DNA of 64,000 nt from assembly GCA_963693365.1 (NCBI GenBank), contig CAVNZM010000004.1:6606593-6670592 (forward strand), given 5' to 3'. The first letter of the stretch is position 1; each line of letters begins with the position of its first letter. Below the pieces are notes generated by a model. It was not told the origin of the DNA. It made no database searches and worked only from the letters and a program-made list of their open reading frames with translations. The position numbers and the translations under genes are program-made. The DNA is from Amoebidium appalachense. Its lineage: Eukaryota > Protista > Ichthyosporea. Positions 1 to 17,007 of this stretch are shown here, piece by piece.

Positions 1-605
1 GAGGAAGATTTTATTTCTGACTATGTTTGTATAAATCAATCAAATGTGTGTTTTTCAAAGTGAAAAAAAACTATATTTCTGCTAGAAAAATAAAAATGTA
101 GCTAAATGAAAATACCAAAAACATATATATAATAGTGTTTTTAATCTTGTATATAGTGTTTTTGTAGCACAATATTCCAAAAAGCTATTGTAAACACACC
201 CCCTTATGATAACTGGAGCACGTGATCCGCCGCTAAATTGCCTGCGATATGAAACGAGGTGGGAAGAGAGAGAGAGAGAGAAAGAGAGAGAGAGGGAGGG
301 AGGGAGATGGAGAGGGGGAGGGGGGGATAGAGAGGGAGAGAAAGAAAGAGAGTGTGTGTTGTTGTTCAGGGGAGGAGCGGGGGGGGGGGGGGGGGGGGGG
401 GGGGGTTATGCATAAAAGGATTGGGATTATGGAGGAGGGGGGGGGATGTGCAGGCAAGAGACTCTTGAACAGAGCCCATGATCAGTAGGGCTCCGATGCC
501 TTCCCCCCCCTTTCTTCCTTTTTTTTTTCCCCTTCTTTTTCATTTTTCATTTTTCTTTCTTTTTTTTTTTTTTTTTTGGGTGGTGGTTGGGAGGGGGAGG
601 GGGGG

Positions 606-646
<41 letters not shown>

Positions 647-649
647 GGA

Positions 650-809
650 GATGGGGTTTGAGGCTTGCCTCATCTTTAATCTTGACTTCCTCCTCAGCGG
701 CCTTCACTTCCTCCTGTGATTTTTGCGCAAAACGAGTCACATAATCATGATCATACAAGAAAATCTCATGAGACCATTCAAAAAAACCACCCACATCCCC
801 TCACACAAT

Positions 810-862
<53 letters not shown>

Positions 863-917
863 TTCATTGTCATGATTCTGTATAAAGCTGGCTCAGTTAC
901 TGCATACTGCTGCATAC

Positions 918-948
<31 letters not shown>

Positions 949-1106
949 AAATAAATAAATAAAAAAAATTCATACACACGTGTCATGCACATAAGATACA
1001 CACGCACCACCACCCGTGATCCCCCACCTCCATCCCCTCTTGCTAACTTTCTCTTGCCGCAACACTTCTTTACTTGATCCATTTTAGCAAAATATCATAA
1101 GAAATA

Positions 1107-1145
<39 letters not shown>

Positions 1146-1492
1146 AAAAAAAAACGATTTCCAAATTGAGCATTGTTAGCCAGGGTATTCGAGCATATGG
1201 AGTAAGCCAGCAACCAAGACATGCAAACACACATTGGCTTCTGCACATGTGCTGCCATTTCCCAAGCCCCCCTGGCTCTCTCAGACCCTCCCTCCCCTCC
1301 CCCCCCTCCCCTCCCCTCCCCCCCCGCCTCCCCCTCCATCCCCTATCCCCTCTTCTACCTCCCTTCCCCTTCCTTCCCCATTGACCCAAACATCTTTTCC
1401 CAGCCACTAACCAACCAAGCCCCCATCGTTCGAATTATTTTAACAGCCGTTCCGGTATTTCTTATCATTCTTGTCTCGAAAGCACGTGCCCC

Positions 1493-1523
<31 letters not shown>

Positions 1524-1953
1524 AAAGCACACACAACAAATATGCAAAGACACCCCCCCCCCCCCCCCTCCCCCGGCCACCTCCGCCTCCACCCCCCCCT
1601 CCCCCCCCCCCCCCCCTCAAAAAAAATGCACAAATACAGAAACAGGCACCCCTACATTCGCTGACGACACTAGTTCTGTGTTTCAAGAAACGTACCCAGC
1701 CAGCCCCCTTTGGGCACTACCAAACAGCTAGCAGCACCAATCAACACCTATACTTACAACTCCACTTACTGACCAGTCAAACTTGGCCCCTAGGCAACTC
1801 GCCTCGAAACAAAACACTTGCGTGAACCCAAACTACCACCCAACCCATCCACCTACCCCTCTCGATTCTATATACCCCCCTCCCCCCCCCTCCCCCCCCC
1901 CCTCGATTCTATATACCCCCCCCCCCCCCCCCTCCCCACCCCCTCCCCCGCCC

Positions 1954-1988
<35 letters not shown>

Positions 1989-2127
1989 CTCCCTCCCCCT
2001 CCCAAAAGGGGGGAAAAAACAAGAAAAATAAAAAAGTACAGAAAAGGGATAAAGAGAGGGGAAAGCAAGAGATACAGGCATAGAGAGAGAGAGTGGGGGG
2101 GGGGGGGGGGGGGGGGGGGGGAGGGGG

Positions 2128-2182
<55 letters not shown>

Positions 2183-2186
2183 GGGG

Positions 2187-2222
<36 letters not shown>

Positions 2223-3642
2223 GCAGCGACAGGGAGGGGGGTGGGGGGAGGGGGGAGGGGGACGGGGGAAGGGAGAGCAAGGGCGAGGGAGGGAGGGAGG
2301 GGGGGGGGGGGGGGGGAGGGAGGGAGAGAGGGAAGGCGGGAAGGAGGGAGGGAGAGAGAGACGGAGAGAGAGAGAAATAGTGGAAGGAAGGAGAGGAGAG
2401 GACGGGCGGAAGGAGTTAGCAAAAGAGAGAGGACGGGGGGAAACGGTAGAGAGAGTGGGAGGGTGGCGGCGGCGGGCGCGGGGGGAAGGGGGGAGGGGGG
2501 GAGGGGGGGGGGGGGGGGAGGGAGGGAGGGGGGGAATAAGCCAACCTGCAGAAGGGCGACCTTTGACTCCAGCTGCTGCAGCCTGGCCAGCTGTATGGCC
2601 GCTGCTGGCCCGTCAACAACACTCTGCCGCCCCTTGGGGCTAGGGCCCATGCCTGTGCTTGGCCCATCCATGTTCCAAAAATGTAAAAGGATGTCCTCGC
2701 CAAGGCAATACTATGCAAAAATGGTGTGTGCTGTCATAACCAAGCGGAAAAGCGTGTTGTTCTCAGGTGATTGTGGAGGTGTCTTGCAACATGTGCAGAA
2801 GCGTGTGAAAGGGCGCCACACGGCTACAGTTGGTTTCTTACGAGATAAAATATACTGCTGCCCATATAAGTGAAGAAAATTTCTTCCCTCTCATAGAATC
2901 TACACTAATAAGAGTAAAATCCTGACTTGGAGAAATGCGGTGCCTTTAGCATCCACCGGATTCCAATCGGTGTTGTTCCTCGTTTTCTCTTGTGTGCCTG
3001 CTCACTTGGAATGGAGCAAAAATGGTCAAAATTACTTGAGGTAGTGATGGAACGAAATCAAGTCGTGATGGAACAATTTACGGGCAGAGGGAGATATACC
3101 TGGTGAAGCATTTGTAAAGAACTATTGAGTTAAAATGTAGCAACATGGATGTTGCAACATGCATATGGAAGCATTTGACTTGTCGCAGACGTCAGCCAAA
3201 CAGATCAGAAGCTGTTGTGAAAACATGAAATAGATCTCACGATTTCTAAGAATGGATTGGCTAATACCTTTTTATTTATGAGTTATCATTGGTACAGCGC
3301 ACTTTCGAAGATCTCCAAAGACACTCCAGCATGGGGCACATGCAGAATATTCACGTCGGCTGAGTTTTAAAACAACATAATTTGATGCTTTGTTTAGTCT
3401 TCAAGTCTTTATTATATCTCATAAAAAATATAAAATAAACTAAAAAATATTACTACATTGACAAGTATTGAATTGCATATGTATTAATCAAGGCAAGGTA
3501 CTCACGTAGATTTCCGCCGCACGACCAATTTTTTCTGGGGGGATCTTTCAGCCCCACTCTGGCAGAAAGCCTTTTTCCGTTTATTCTCGACTCTCGAAAG
3601 GCTTGCCGCGAGTAAGTTTTTTGCCTGGCTGTCACTTTGCAT
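650..3642 (-). CDS. Possible multi-exon gene of unknown function, divergent from the oxidoreductase
   Basis: Candidate first exon 3642-3506 (ATG...TCTAC|GTGAGT, perfect donor). Complex-sequence islands at ~2671-2546 (AAAIQLARLQQLESKVALLQ|GT) and ~760-650 (KSQEEVKAAEEEVKIKDE) look coiled-coil-like. The exon chain was not reconstructed. Confidence 0.3.
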
Positions 3643-3717
3643 CACTTCGGTCGAATTAGAACCTTTTTTTTTTTTAAACCCTCTGTTTTTCTCTCCTTTT
3701 CCGCACAACACAGAAAC

Positions 3718-5630
3718 ATGAGTCTTCCAAGCACCATGCGCGCTGCCGTGCAGCTCGCGTACGGCGTGAACAAGGAGGCCATCCAAGTCAAGGAAGTGCC
3801 CCTCCCCCAGTTCGATGAGAACAGCGACATGGTCCTTGTGCAAGTGCACGCCGCAGCCATCAACCCCGTGGACTACAAATTGGCTCGAGGGGACATGAAG
3901 GCCTTCATGGGTCGCGAGTTTCCGCATGTCTTGGGTTTTGATGCCGCGGGGGTGGTGGTGAAGGTCGGCTCCAAATGTGCACGGATTAAGGTCGGGGATG
4001 AAGTGTACGGGGACACACTTGACCGTGGGTCTATGGCCGAGTATGTTGCTGCGCCCGAGGCCTATTTTTGCGCAAAGCCAACCAACGTGACATTTGAGGA
4101 GGCGGCCAGCATTCCCCTCGCTGTGCTCACTGCCTACCAGGTAGCCCATACCCTCTCATTTTTCATCAGCGGTTTTTCTTTCCTTGATGTCGTGCTGCAC
4201 ACCTCGCTGGCGCTCTCAACATCCCCCCGTCCCTCCCCCCCCCCTCCCCTACCCCCCTCCCCCCACCTTACCTCCCCCCTTCCCCTCCCGTATACTCATT
4301 CCCCTAGATTCCCTGAACCTTTCTTTATTGTTCTGTGTTCCTGTCCCACGTCCCCTCTCTCCTACATCCCCTTTGTTCTCAGAAATGAAAGCGGCTTTCA
4401 TAGACTTTCACAGCTCACCCTGAGTGCTTCTACGTATGCCCTCGGTTTTTCAGTCTCGTTCTAGATATGATGCCAAACCTCATGTCTATTTGCCTACGTT
4501 CTTAGTCTACCTCTTTCCCACCTGTCTACTTCTCCTTTCTTTTATTCCCTCTGCTCCTGTGAAGGCTTCAGAAGGCTTTCAATTTGCACGAAACATGTTT
4601 GCTGTCAAGTTAATTGGTATCCATGCCTTTTTGTCAGCCTCTAGGCTCTAATGCCTCCACATTCCCCTAGTGCCAGTAAACATTGTCAGAACTGCCCTAC
4701 GCAACGAACATCCTCCCATCTACCCCCCCCCCCCCCCCCCCCCCCCGGCGCCGCCGGGTGCCGCCTTCCCTTCTGGCTATTCGCTTGCCTTGTTAGCCCC
4801 TTTTCAGTGCCTGCTAAGTATACTCAAGGCTCCACCTCCTCTTAATCTTGACACTGACAACTGCACCACACACTGTTGAGCGCTGGGGGAAAGGGGGAGG
4901 TGGGGGGGTAGGGGGAGAGAGAAGGAGGGGGGAGGGTGGGTGAGGGCAGGGGGGGGGGGGGATATTTTACTGCTTTTTTTCAAAAAATGAAAGCATACTT
5001 CGCTGAACATGAACAAAACATTTACCCACAAAGGGCCTCAAGAACCAACTCCAAGTGAAAGCAGGTGACAAGGTGCTGATTCTCGGTGGGTCGGGCGGTG
5101 TTGGCAGCCTTGCGATCCAGGTGGCCAAGGTCATGGGCCTCACAGTGGTGACAACATCAAGCAACGTGGACCTGTGCAAGCAGCTTGGCGCCGACCGTGT
5201 TATCAACTACAAGAACGAGAAATGGGAGGATGTGCTGAAGGGCGAGAATTTCGACGCCGTGTATGACTGCGTGGGGGAGGCGTGGCCCGCTGCAGTGGGC
5301 GTGCTCAAGGCCAAGGGAGGAAAATTTACCACCATTGTCGGTGACAAGAATGATGCCACCGTCACCTTCGGCGCGATTGCATCCACGGCTGGGGCTGTCA
5401 TCTACAGGGGTCTTTCTGGATGGTTGGGTTTGGCACCTTCCTACTCGTTTTTCCTGACAGATGCGACGGATTACAAGAGTCTGGAGCAGGTGAAGGAATG
5501 GGTCGAGAAGGGTGTGGTGAAGCCGCTGCTTGACCCCAAGGGAATCTACACGCTTGATACGGCGGTGGAGATGTTTGAGCACATGATGACTCACCGGGCC
5601 AAGGGTAAACTGGTGATGAAGATTAGGTAG
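3718..5630 (+). CDS. MDR-family NADPH quinone oxidoreductase-like protein (RTN4IP1/ceQORH-like), 2 exons
   Basis: Exon 1 3718-4140 (VQVHAAAINPVDYK, PHVLGFDAAGVV, AASIPLAVLTAYQ|GTAG). Exon 2 5034-5630 (AAG|GLKNQLQVKAGDKVLILGGSGGVGSLAIQVAK...RAKGKLVMKIR). Rossmann GGSGGVG motif; exon phases join in frame. Confidence 0.93.
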
Positions 5631-6347
5631 GGGAGTCGGAAGAGTCTGAGCGTGTATGGTTATGCAATTCCGGCATATAGGACTGGTTGGCAGGCACTTT
5701 TTTTTTGGGGGGGGGGGGGGGGGTAGCACCTGGCAAACGAGGGGCATTAGGCACCGGTTGCGAGGCACGCGTACAAGGGGGGAGGGTCGAAGGGGAGGAA
5801 GGAGGGGGGGGGGGGGGGGGGGGGGGGGGCTGCTATTTAGTTATAACATCGTGAGCAATTCTTCAACATTAGCTTTAGTACAGACTGACTTACAGCAGTG
5901 AAGCATGTGCACATATGATGCATCCGTGTTCTCTATATGTACTTGTATATATTTAAGTGAAAATCCTATTGTACACACTAGGCTTCTGAGGCCACTGTTG
6001 TTGAGATTCATTCACCTGGATTATGGAATGGCTGTGTGTATTGAACATCAAATTAACACGGTACCGTGACTCATTCGTTGCAGGTGGAAATGAGAATTGC
6101 TCGCTGAACTGATCCCATATGCATCCTGTCGTGTTAAACTTATTCTAGGTGGTAATCATGAAATGCTCGTGTGTAGTCACTTGCTGTGAACGGAAAACGT
6201 TTGTGGCCGGGAGGGCAGTGGTGGGTTCGTCGGATGCGGTTGAAGGGAAAAGGGAGCTCAACGTAAGAGGAGAAAGGGGGGAGGGAGAGGGGGGGGGGGG
6301 GAGGGAGGGAGGGAGGGAGAGGGGGAGGGAGGGAGGGAGGGAGGGAG

Positions 6348-6396
<49 letters not shown>

Positions 6397-6427
6397 ATGT
6401 GCATGGACGATCCACGAGAGGCGGCGG

Positions 6428-6460
<33 letters not shown>

Positions 6461-7026
6461 GTGTTGCATATGGTCCGAGACGGGAACGACACACACATTA
6501 CATCCTCAAACACACACACTTCACATCCTCAAACACAGAGCCAAACCATATGAGACCTGAGTCAAGAAAAAATCAGTGGTGGGTCTGCTAAAGCGAATTG
6601 CAGAAAAGCAGGAGACAACTGACAATATCACAATCTCATCTCAAAAAGGCAACTCAGTCAGTCGGTTTAAATTTATCTTTTGTTTTCTTGGGCAGCCTGC
6701 CGCTGGGATCTATACATGCGGTGACGTAATTCCGACTTTCACCCCTAGGCCTATATATCCTTGCCTCGCCAAATAAGGCATCACAGCTGTATACTCTTGC
6801 CTTATATGGAAGGGGACGTCCAATAACATTACCAGTTCAACCCCCACACAACATTCCCAGTGCACATATTTGACGTCGACAAACCACCCCACACCTCCGC
6901 CACACCTCTCCTCCTATTAATTAACCGAAATTTCAGTGCCAGTTTGCACAACGCAATGCGCACCCTCCAGCTCCCATTGACCAATCAACACACAGTTATA
7001 TAAATTTAAAACTTTAATCAAGCGGT

Positions 7027-7252
7027 CTAAATGGACATGCCGATCCACAACATCAGGAACATTGTGCCGGTACCGAGGAAGCAGGAAGCCACGACAGCCA
7101 AAAACAACTCGGCAAAGATGCTGCGTGTCTTGGTGCTGTTCTTCATCTCGTAGCTGAAAACGGGGGAAATGATGGTGTCAGTGATATGGAGGGATAAACA
7201 AAAAAACAGCCCCCCCCCCCCCCCCTTCCCCGGGGCTCCCGGAGGGGTGTGG

Positions 7253-7289
<37 letters not shown>

Positions 7290-7300
7290 TTGGGGGGGGG

Positions 7301-7348
<48 letters not shown>

Positions 7349-7499
7349 GGGGCTGCAAAATGTGTGTGTTTTGGGGGGGGAGGGGGGGGGGATTCTGCCG
7401 GTGTGTGTGCGCATGTGTTTGTATGTGTGTGCACGCGCATGTGTGAGTGGTGTGTGCGCATGTGTGTGTGGGTGCGCACGCGCACGTCCGTGTATGAAT

Positions 7500-7530
<31 letters not shown>

Positions 7531-8352
7531 CGCGTCTGTGTGTGCGTGTGCGTGTGCATGCGAGCGCGCACACACGCACACACACACACACACGCACACA
7601 CGCACACACACACACGAGGTGAGGTGAGGAGTAAAAACACGAATAAACTTACAGGACATGGAAAGGAGCATAAACAAAACAAAACAAAACAAAATCAATG
7701 CAGCGAGAATCAAAAAAAGAGAGGAGCAAAAAATGAACAAACATACAGGGGGAGCAGCAAAAACATAGTTAACTTAAAGTTAAGAGGAAGAGGAGCAAAA
7801 AGTACGAACTAACTTACAGAGAAAATACAGAGAAAGGGGTAAAAACACATCTTAATTAACTTACAGGGAGATAAGCAACAACATATATAAGCTTACAAGG
7901 AGAGGAGCATAAACAAACCCCCCCCCCCCCTCCCCCCCCCCCAAAAAAAAAAAAAAAAAAAGAGAGAGAGAGAGAGAGAAAAAAGGGGGCAGGAACAAAC
8001 ATTACAAACATTTTTTTTTTTTTTTTTGGTGGGGGTGTGGGGTGTGTGTGTGTGTGTGTGTGTCTGTGAAGGGGGGGGGGGGGGGAGGGGGGGGGGGGGG
8101 GGGGGGACAAAAACACAAATCAACTTACAGGGAGAAGAGGGCGAGGAAGACCAGGCCGAGGGCCAGCAGCAGCACGGAGAGAGTCGGGTAGCTGCCGGCA
8201 CTGACCATGGAGATGTATGGCCGGTAGTCAACCACAGACGACTGTGTGTGTGTGTACGTGTACGTGTGTCCGTGTTGACGTTAATGTGTACGGGTGTTTG
8301 TGTGTGTGTGTGCATATGTACCTGAGTGTGTGTGTCCGCGCATACATGCACA

Positions 8353-8424
<72 letters not shown>

Positions 8425-8471
8425 TGTGTTTGTGTTTGTGCGTGTGTTCTCTTTTCGGTTTTTTTTTTTTT

Positions 8472-8502
<31 letters not shown>

Positions 8503-10255
8503 GGGGTTTGAATGCGTCAAAAAGTACGAAGTACACAAGAACAAACGGGCCGGTAAGTGCGCGGTAGAAAGCACGCTGTAGTGAGATAGGCGACTGGGAG
8601 CCGAAAGCCTGGATGTAGGGAAAAGTAGGGAGCAAACACCCAAAGGGGAGGCGAGGGAGAGTTTAGAGCACGCCATTAAGCACGAAGTGTACTTGCACGG
8701 GAGAACACAATGCAGAGTACAAACCACACATACAGAGTATGCATAAAAAGCAAAACCCACCCTCGGGAGGGGGGGGGGGGGGGGGGGGAGGCAAGTCCAT
8801 GCGCGGACGCGGGGATGGGGGGAGGCGAGGGGGGCAGGGGGAGGCGGGGGAGGGGGAGGGGGAGGGAGGGAGGGAGGAGGGGATAGGGTGTACTACACGG
8901 ATTACAGACACAAAGATCAAGAAACACATGCAACACAACACATATCACAGAGAGCCCTCGGATGCAAAAGAAAAAAAATACCATTCTCTTCAGGATAACG
9001 AAAAAGTTGTGTGTGTGTGGGGAGAGGGGGGTGGAGGGGAAGTGGGGGAGCACGTGTCTGTGTTTGTGTCTGCCTGCGTGTGCATGAGTGTGTGTGTGTG
9101 TGTGTTTGTGTCCATGTGCGTGTTCCATTATGTGTGTGTGTGTGTGTGTGCGTTTGTGTATGTGTATCTGTGTGTGTGTGTGCATGTGTGTCTGTGTGTG
9201 CACACACGTGCGTTTGCATGTGGGCCAGTGAGAAGGGGGGGAGGGGAGGGGAGAGGGGGGGGAGGAGTACACAGACATATACAAGTGAGGACCCCCCCCC
9301 CCCCCCCCAGCAGTGCAGCATCACACAATGCCCAGTATCAGGTACACAATACCCACCCCCCCCCCCCTCCCCTCCCCCCCCCTCCCCCCCCCCCCCCCCC
9401 CCCCCCCCCAAACACACACACACAAAAAAAAAAGTGCACTGACAATTTTTCTTGCCTCGTCCCTTCTAACCCCTCCCCCCCCCCCCCCCCCACCTCCTTC
9501 CCACACCCCACCACCACCACCACAACCTGATTGACCGAAACACTTGGGTTTGGCCGAACAACCCAATAGCAATCTCCCCCCTCCCCCCCCCCCTCCCCCC
9601 CTCCCCCTCCCCCTTCTCCCGACACAACGTAAAAGGGGGACTTTATTATCATGTATGCATAAAAGGGGAAAAAAAGAAAGAAAAAGAAAAGAAAAGAAAA
9701 GAAAGGCTGCCAACATCCCATGAATGGTATGTTTGCCCAAACAAGCATGTATATGCTCCCCCCCCATCCCCCCCTTCCCCCCCCCCCCACCCTACTCCCC
9801 CAGCACACGTATGTTTTACATAGTCTGAACCATCGATACCATCTCCCCCTGTGCTTCCCCCCTTCCCTTCCCCCCCCCCCCCCCCCCCCCGCGCCAAGCA
9901 CACACACACGCACACATAAATACATACACTTGTATACCATAACCCCTAACACACACCTCTTCCACAAAAACCCCGCTCACCACCACCCCCTCCCACCAAC
10001 CCACACCACCTCTCCCTTTTCCATACTGCTCCCTGAAGCTCGCTTTCGCACAGGTTTCGGCCTGACATGTCATTACACCCTCTCCCTCCTTCTCCCACTT
10101 CATACCTTTCACTACCAAAAGTGACCCACATTTTAGGCTCCAACTCTTTCCCATAATCCACCTCCCTCCCCTCCCTCCCCCCCCTCCTCCCACACACACA
10201 CAAAAAAAAAAAAGACACCCACACACCCACCCACACCCCCACCCACCCACCCACC

Positions 10256-10312
<57 letters not shown>

Positions 10313-10600
10313 AGACACACACACACACACACCTCCGCCTGTTCTATGCCCAATAGAACTACTAAAACAACAAACTACTTTGCTTCTTTCACACAAGCAG
10401 CCATAGTTGTGTGTGTGTGCGCATGAGTGCGAGAAGCTGGCAGTGTGGGTACACACACACTTCTGATGACGCACAGAAATCAGACACAAGTGAAAGAGTC
10501 TCCCTGTCGAGTGATGTGCAACAAAAGAAACAAAATCAGTGTGGAATACTCAGAGTAAATACTGTCGAAACGTGTTCAAAAATAGCACGGTACGTACCAT
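7027..10600 (-). CDS. TMEM258: Oligosaccharyltransferase small subunit TMEM258/OST5-like, 3 exons
   Basis: Exon 3 7153-7027 ([41 protein letters not shown]) and exon 2 8241-8129 ([38 protein letters not shown]) have canonical AG/GT sites in matching phase. The protein resembles human TMEM258 along its length. Exon 1 is inferred as an ATG-only coding exon at 10600-10598 (ATG|GTACGT). Confidence 0.85.
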
Positions 10601-11050
10601 TTTCTTTCGTATAAAATTCACACGGAAGTGCAGACACGGAGTTTGTTGATTGATGGATGCGGGTGCTTCTGCAGCCCCTACACAACGACCTATAAGCCAG
10701 CAAAATGTAGACTTAAAAAAATTGGTCTTCGTGGCTCGAATAGCTACGATGAGAAGATTCAAACCCAGTAAAGCCCTATAAATTTTGCTCCTCTCTGCTG
10801 TCTGTCTGTCACAAAGTTGCTTTGAATTTCTCGTTTGTTCCGCTGCGGCGCTGCTGGCGCCATTTTCATGATTTGCCCCCCCTCTGTCGCTAAGCAGTTG
10901 ATTGGTTTAAGCTTTTGCAATAGCTATTTATGGCTATATATTTACGCAAAATGATCGTGCCGGATCCTCACGGATTCTTTTTTTTTTTTTTTTGGCAGCG
11001 CGAACTTTGCAGGTCTCTTTTCTCCCAAGTCAAACACAACCACCTACAAC

Positions 11051-13938
<2,888 letters not shown>

Positions 13939-14301
13939 GTTTAAGGGTTTTTTAAACCGATGTATTGGTTGGTTTTTTAATTTATTTGCGGTGCTGTTTC
14001 TGGTTCCAGCGCTTTGTATTGTCAATGAAGTTTTTGTGTGTTGATTGCTCACATGTTGCACTATTTGGGCACTTTGCCGTTGGACACGCCCGTGCACACG
14101 AATATGCAATACACGCACACGTGCGCACGTGCAAACAAACAAAAAAAGTGAAGGGGCAAAAACCACCGACCACGTCTTTTGGTTGATGCTAGGCATCCTC
14201 CCTGCCGGTCTATAAGTTTTCCATTGCAACCTTTTCCCTCTACGGTTTCTCTGCTACCCCTTTGTTTTATACCCTCTCTTTCCTCCCCCCCCCTCTCCCC
14301 C

Positions 14302-14332
<31 letters not shown>

Positions 14333-14632
14333 ACACACACCACTCCACCCACCCCCCCCCCCCACCCCACGACCACCCTCCCCTTTCCCCACCACATGTC
14401 TATTAATGTGCTCTGTTATCATGACGTTCCTTGAGCTTGGTGTTTTCCCTTGTGACTTCCGGGAAGCCTGTCTTAAAGGCTTTAAGTTCTGTAAATGCAA
14501 GAATGATGGTGCACACCATATGATGATTATGTCTTTGAACCTGCATGTGTAAGGGGCCCATGTGTGCATGGCATTACCCCCACCCCGCGCGCGAATATAC
14601 ACGTGTGTGTGTGCACGCGTGTGGACAGTTTT

Positions 14633-14667
<35 letters not shown>

Positions 14668-14752
14668 TGTGTTTCTTTGTTGTGTATTACATGTGTGTGT
14701 GTGTTTGTGTGTGCGTGTGTTGTTGTTGTTGTTGTTGTTGTTGGGGGCGGCT

Positions 14753-14808
<56 letters not shown>

Positions 14809-15400
14809 AATGACGTGTGGTACTGTATATATTCGAAGCGTCATCGGATAGGCTTTATTTATCAAACACCATTGGCTGACAAGTCATCAAGCCACAGGCT
14901 TCACAGAGACTCTTCAACAATAATTCACAATATTCCTACTTTTTTAATAGTTGTATAAATATTTTAACTATGATCCCAAGTAAGTGGTATTCGTATTACA
15001 GTGCTAAGTAGGAGTGATATTCAAAGAATAACTATGTTACATACACTGCCGTTATCTTTAAAGTGACAGAAGCATGCTTTATCCCACCTAATGTAGGCAC
15101 GCGTCATAGCTCATATATAATATATGTAAGTGGATGCAACCTTAAAATTACTTCAGACAGCAACGAGCATGTATATCTCGCGTATATCTCAGAGTCCGTG
15201 TAAAAAATTTCCTGGTTGGTCCTATCAATCCACAAATAGGGGGGGGTTGTTGAGAACATCTGATTCTCTTATCGATTTTTGACCTTCAACACCTGCGCGC
15301 GTACTCTACTATCTGGCAAAAGCCAGAAATACCACTTACACAATCTTAATCCAACGTGAAGAAAGCAAGATGGTTAAAACAGTTTTCTTAAGGTAGCTGG

Positions 15401-15847
15401 AACCATGCAATTGCGGCGATCGGTCTCCGGGCCAAATTCATATGAAAAACAGGGTTACATCGAGAGTGAAAAGGTACACCAATTATGCGCTAGAGCTATA
15501 ATTTTTGCATGATAATAATGTAAATAGTGTTTTCTTCAAACGTTTGGTACAGAAAAATTATAACTCAATTGGCTCAGCCAGCGACAGAAAAACCAACTGC
15601 ACCAAATCTGGTACGTTTTAATAGTACTGAAATGTATCAGATTTGGTGCAGTTGGTTTTCTGTCGCTGACGCTGAACCAATTGAGTTATAATTTTTCTGT
15701 ACCAAACGTTTGAAGAAACACTATTTACATAATTATCATGCAAAAATTATAGCTCTAGCGCATAATTGGTGTACCTTTTCACTCTCAATGTAACCCTGTT
15801 TTTCATATAAATTTGGCCCGGGGACCGATCGCCGCAATTGCATGGTT
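15401..15847. repeat. ~447-bp imperfect palindrome (fold-back/MITE-like element)
   Basis: AACCATGCAATTGCGGCGATCGGTC... at 15401 is the reverse complement of ...GACCGATCGCCGCAATTGCATGGTT at 15847. The arms pair with scattered mismatches to a centre at AGTACT (~15625). Confidence 0.92.
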
Positions 15848-15989
15848 TCATCCTCGTTAACAATGAAAGACAACAACCCTGAAATCCAAAAAACAAATAA
15901 ACAAAATAAAAGAAATCTACCAAATTTCATTCGAGAACCCTTAAAAATCATATTTCGTATTAAAAAACCAAATTTCCATAGAAAAATCA

Positions 15990-16971
15990 TCATTCCGCAT
16001 CAACCCCCTCCTTCTCCACCCACACCTTCCTATGCGCGTCGAAAAACTCGGCTGCCCTCTCCGCCGTCCACCTCTCACTGGGGTCCAACGCAAAAACCCC
16101 ATCGAACAACTTTTCAACAAAAGCGGCCACATCCATTCCCTCATCCATACCCGCACTTTTGCCGTTTAAATTTCCCGCCAAAATTCCCGTCGACCAACCA
16201 GATTTCTCCATTACCGCGTGCTTAAATACCGGCTCGCGTTCTTCCGGAAGACTCCACGGCAATCTAGCAAACAGAAGCACGTACAGCGACACACCAAACG
16301 ACCACATGTCCACGGCCTTCCAATCCGTTTCGCCCGCGCAGCAATTTGCGGCCTGCAGAATCTCAGGGGGGTTGTATGCCGGGGTGCCTGACCGGCCCCT
16401 CACTGGGTGGCCGTTGCATACCATCGACTGGCCGAAATCGATGATTCTGACCTTTCCCGCACTGTCGATGGCGCAGTTTTCGAGTTTCTGAACGTGCAGG
16501 AACGAAAGTAAGAAAACATTCGCGGCTACTATAATAATTCTCATACTAGAGGTATTATTGTTACCGTGTTTTTGAATGGGAAAGTGGAGGGGTTGGGGGC
16601 AGGAGGGACAACAAAAACGGGCGGACAAGCGAGGAGCACAAAAGAGAGAGAGCAAATGGAAAGAAACACACTTGGTGCAAGGGCTTCTAGGAACACTAAC
16701 TTGCAAGCGCTTCTAGGAACACTAACTTGCTTGTTTTTTCTTTCTCTTGTCTTTTTCCTTCCCTCTCCTTCCCTTGTCAATCATTTATTGGCCTTGCCAT
16801 TCTACTACTAAACAGTGAGACCAGTATTATTATCTACCATTTTCTTTATTGTGTGTGTGCTTGTGTGTGTGTGTATGCACGCGCGCGGGCATGCTAGTGT
16901 GTGCATGCTTTTTCTTACATGGTTTTTTTTTTTTCTTTTCCTTTTTTTTTTTTTTTTTTTTTTTTTGGGGG

Positions 16972-17007
<36 letters not shown>

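Noticed and set aside
15736-15993. 85-aa ORF overlapping the fold-back arm
   Set aside because: Lies in the kinase 3' region and the palindrome arm; no coding evidence.
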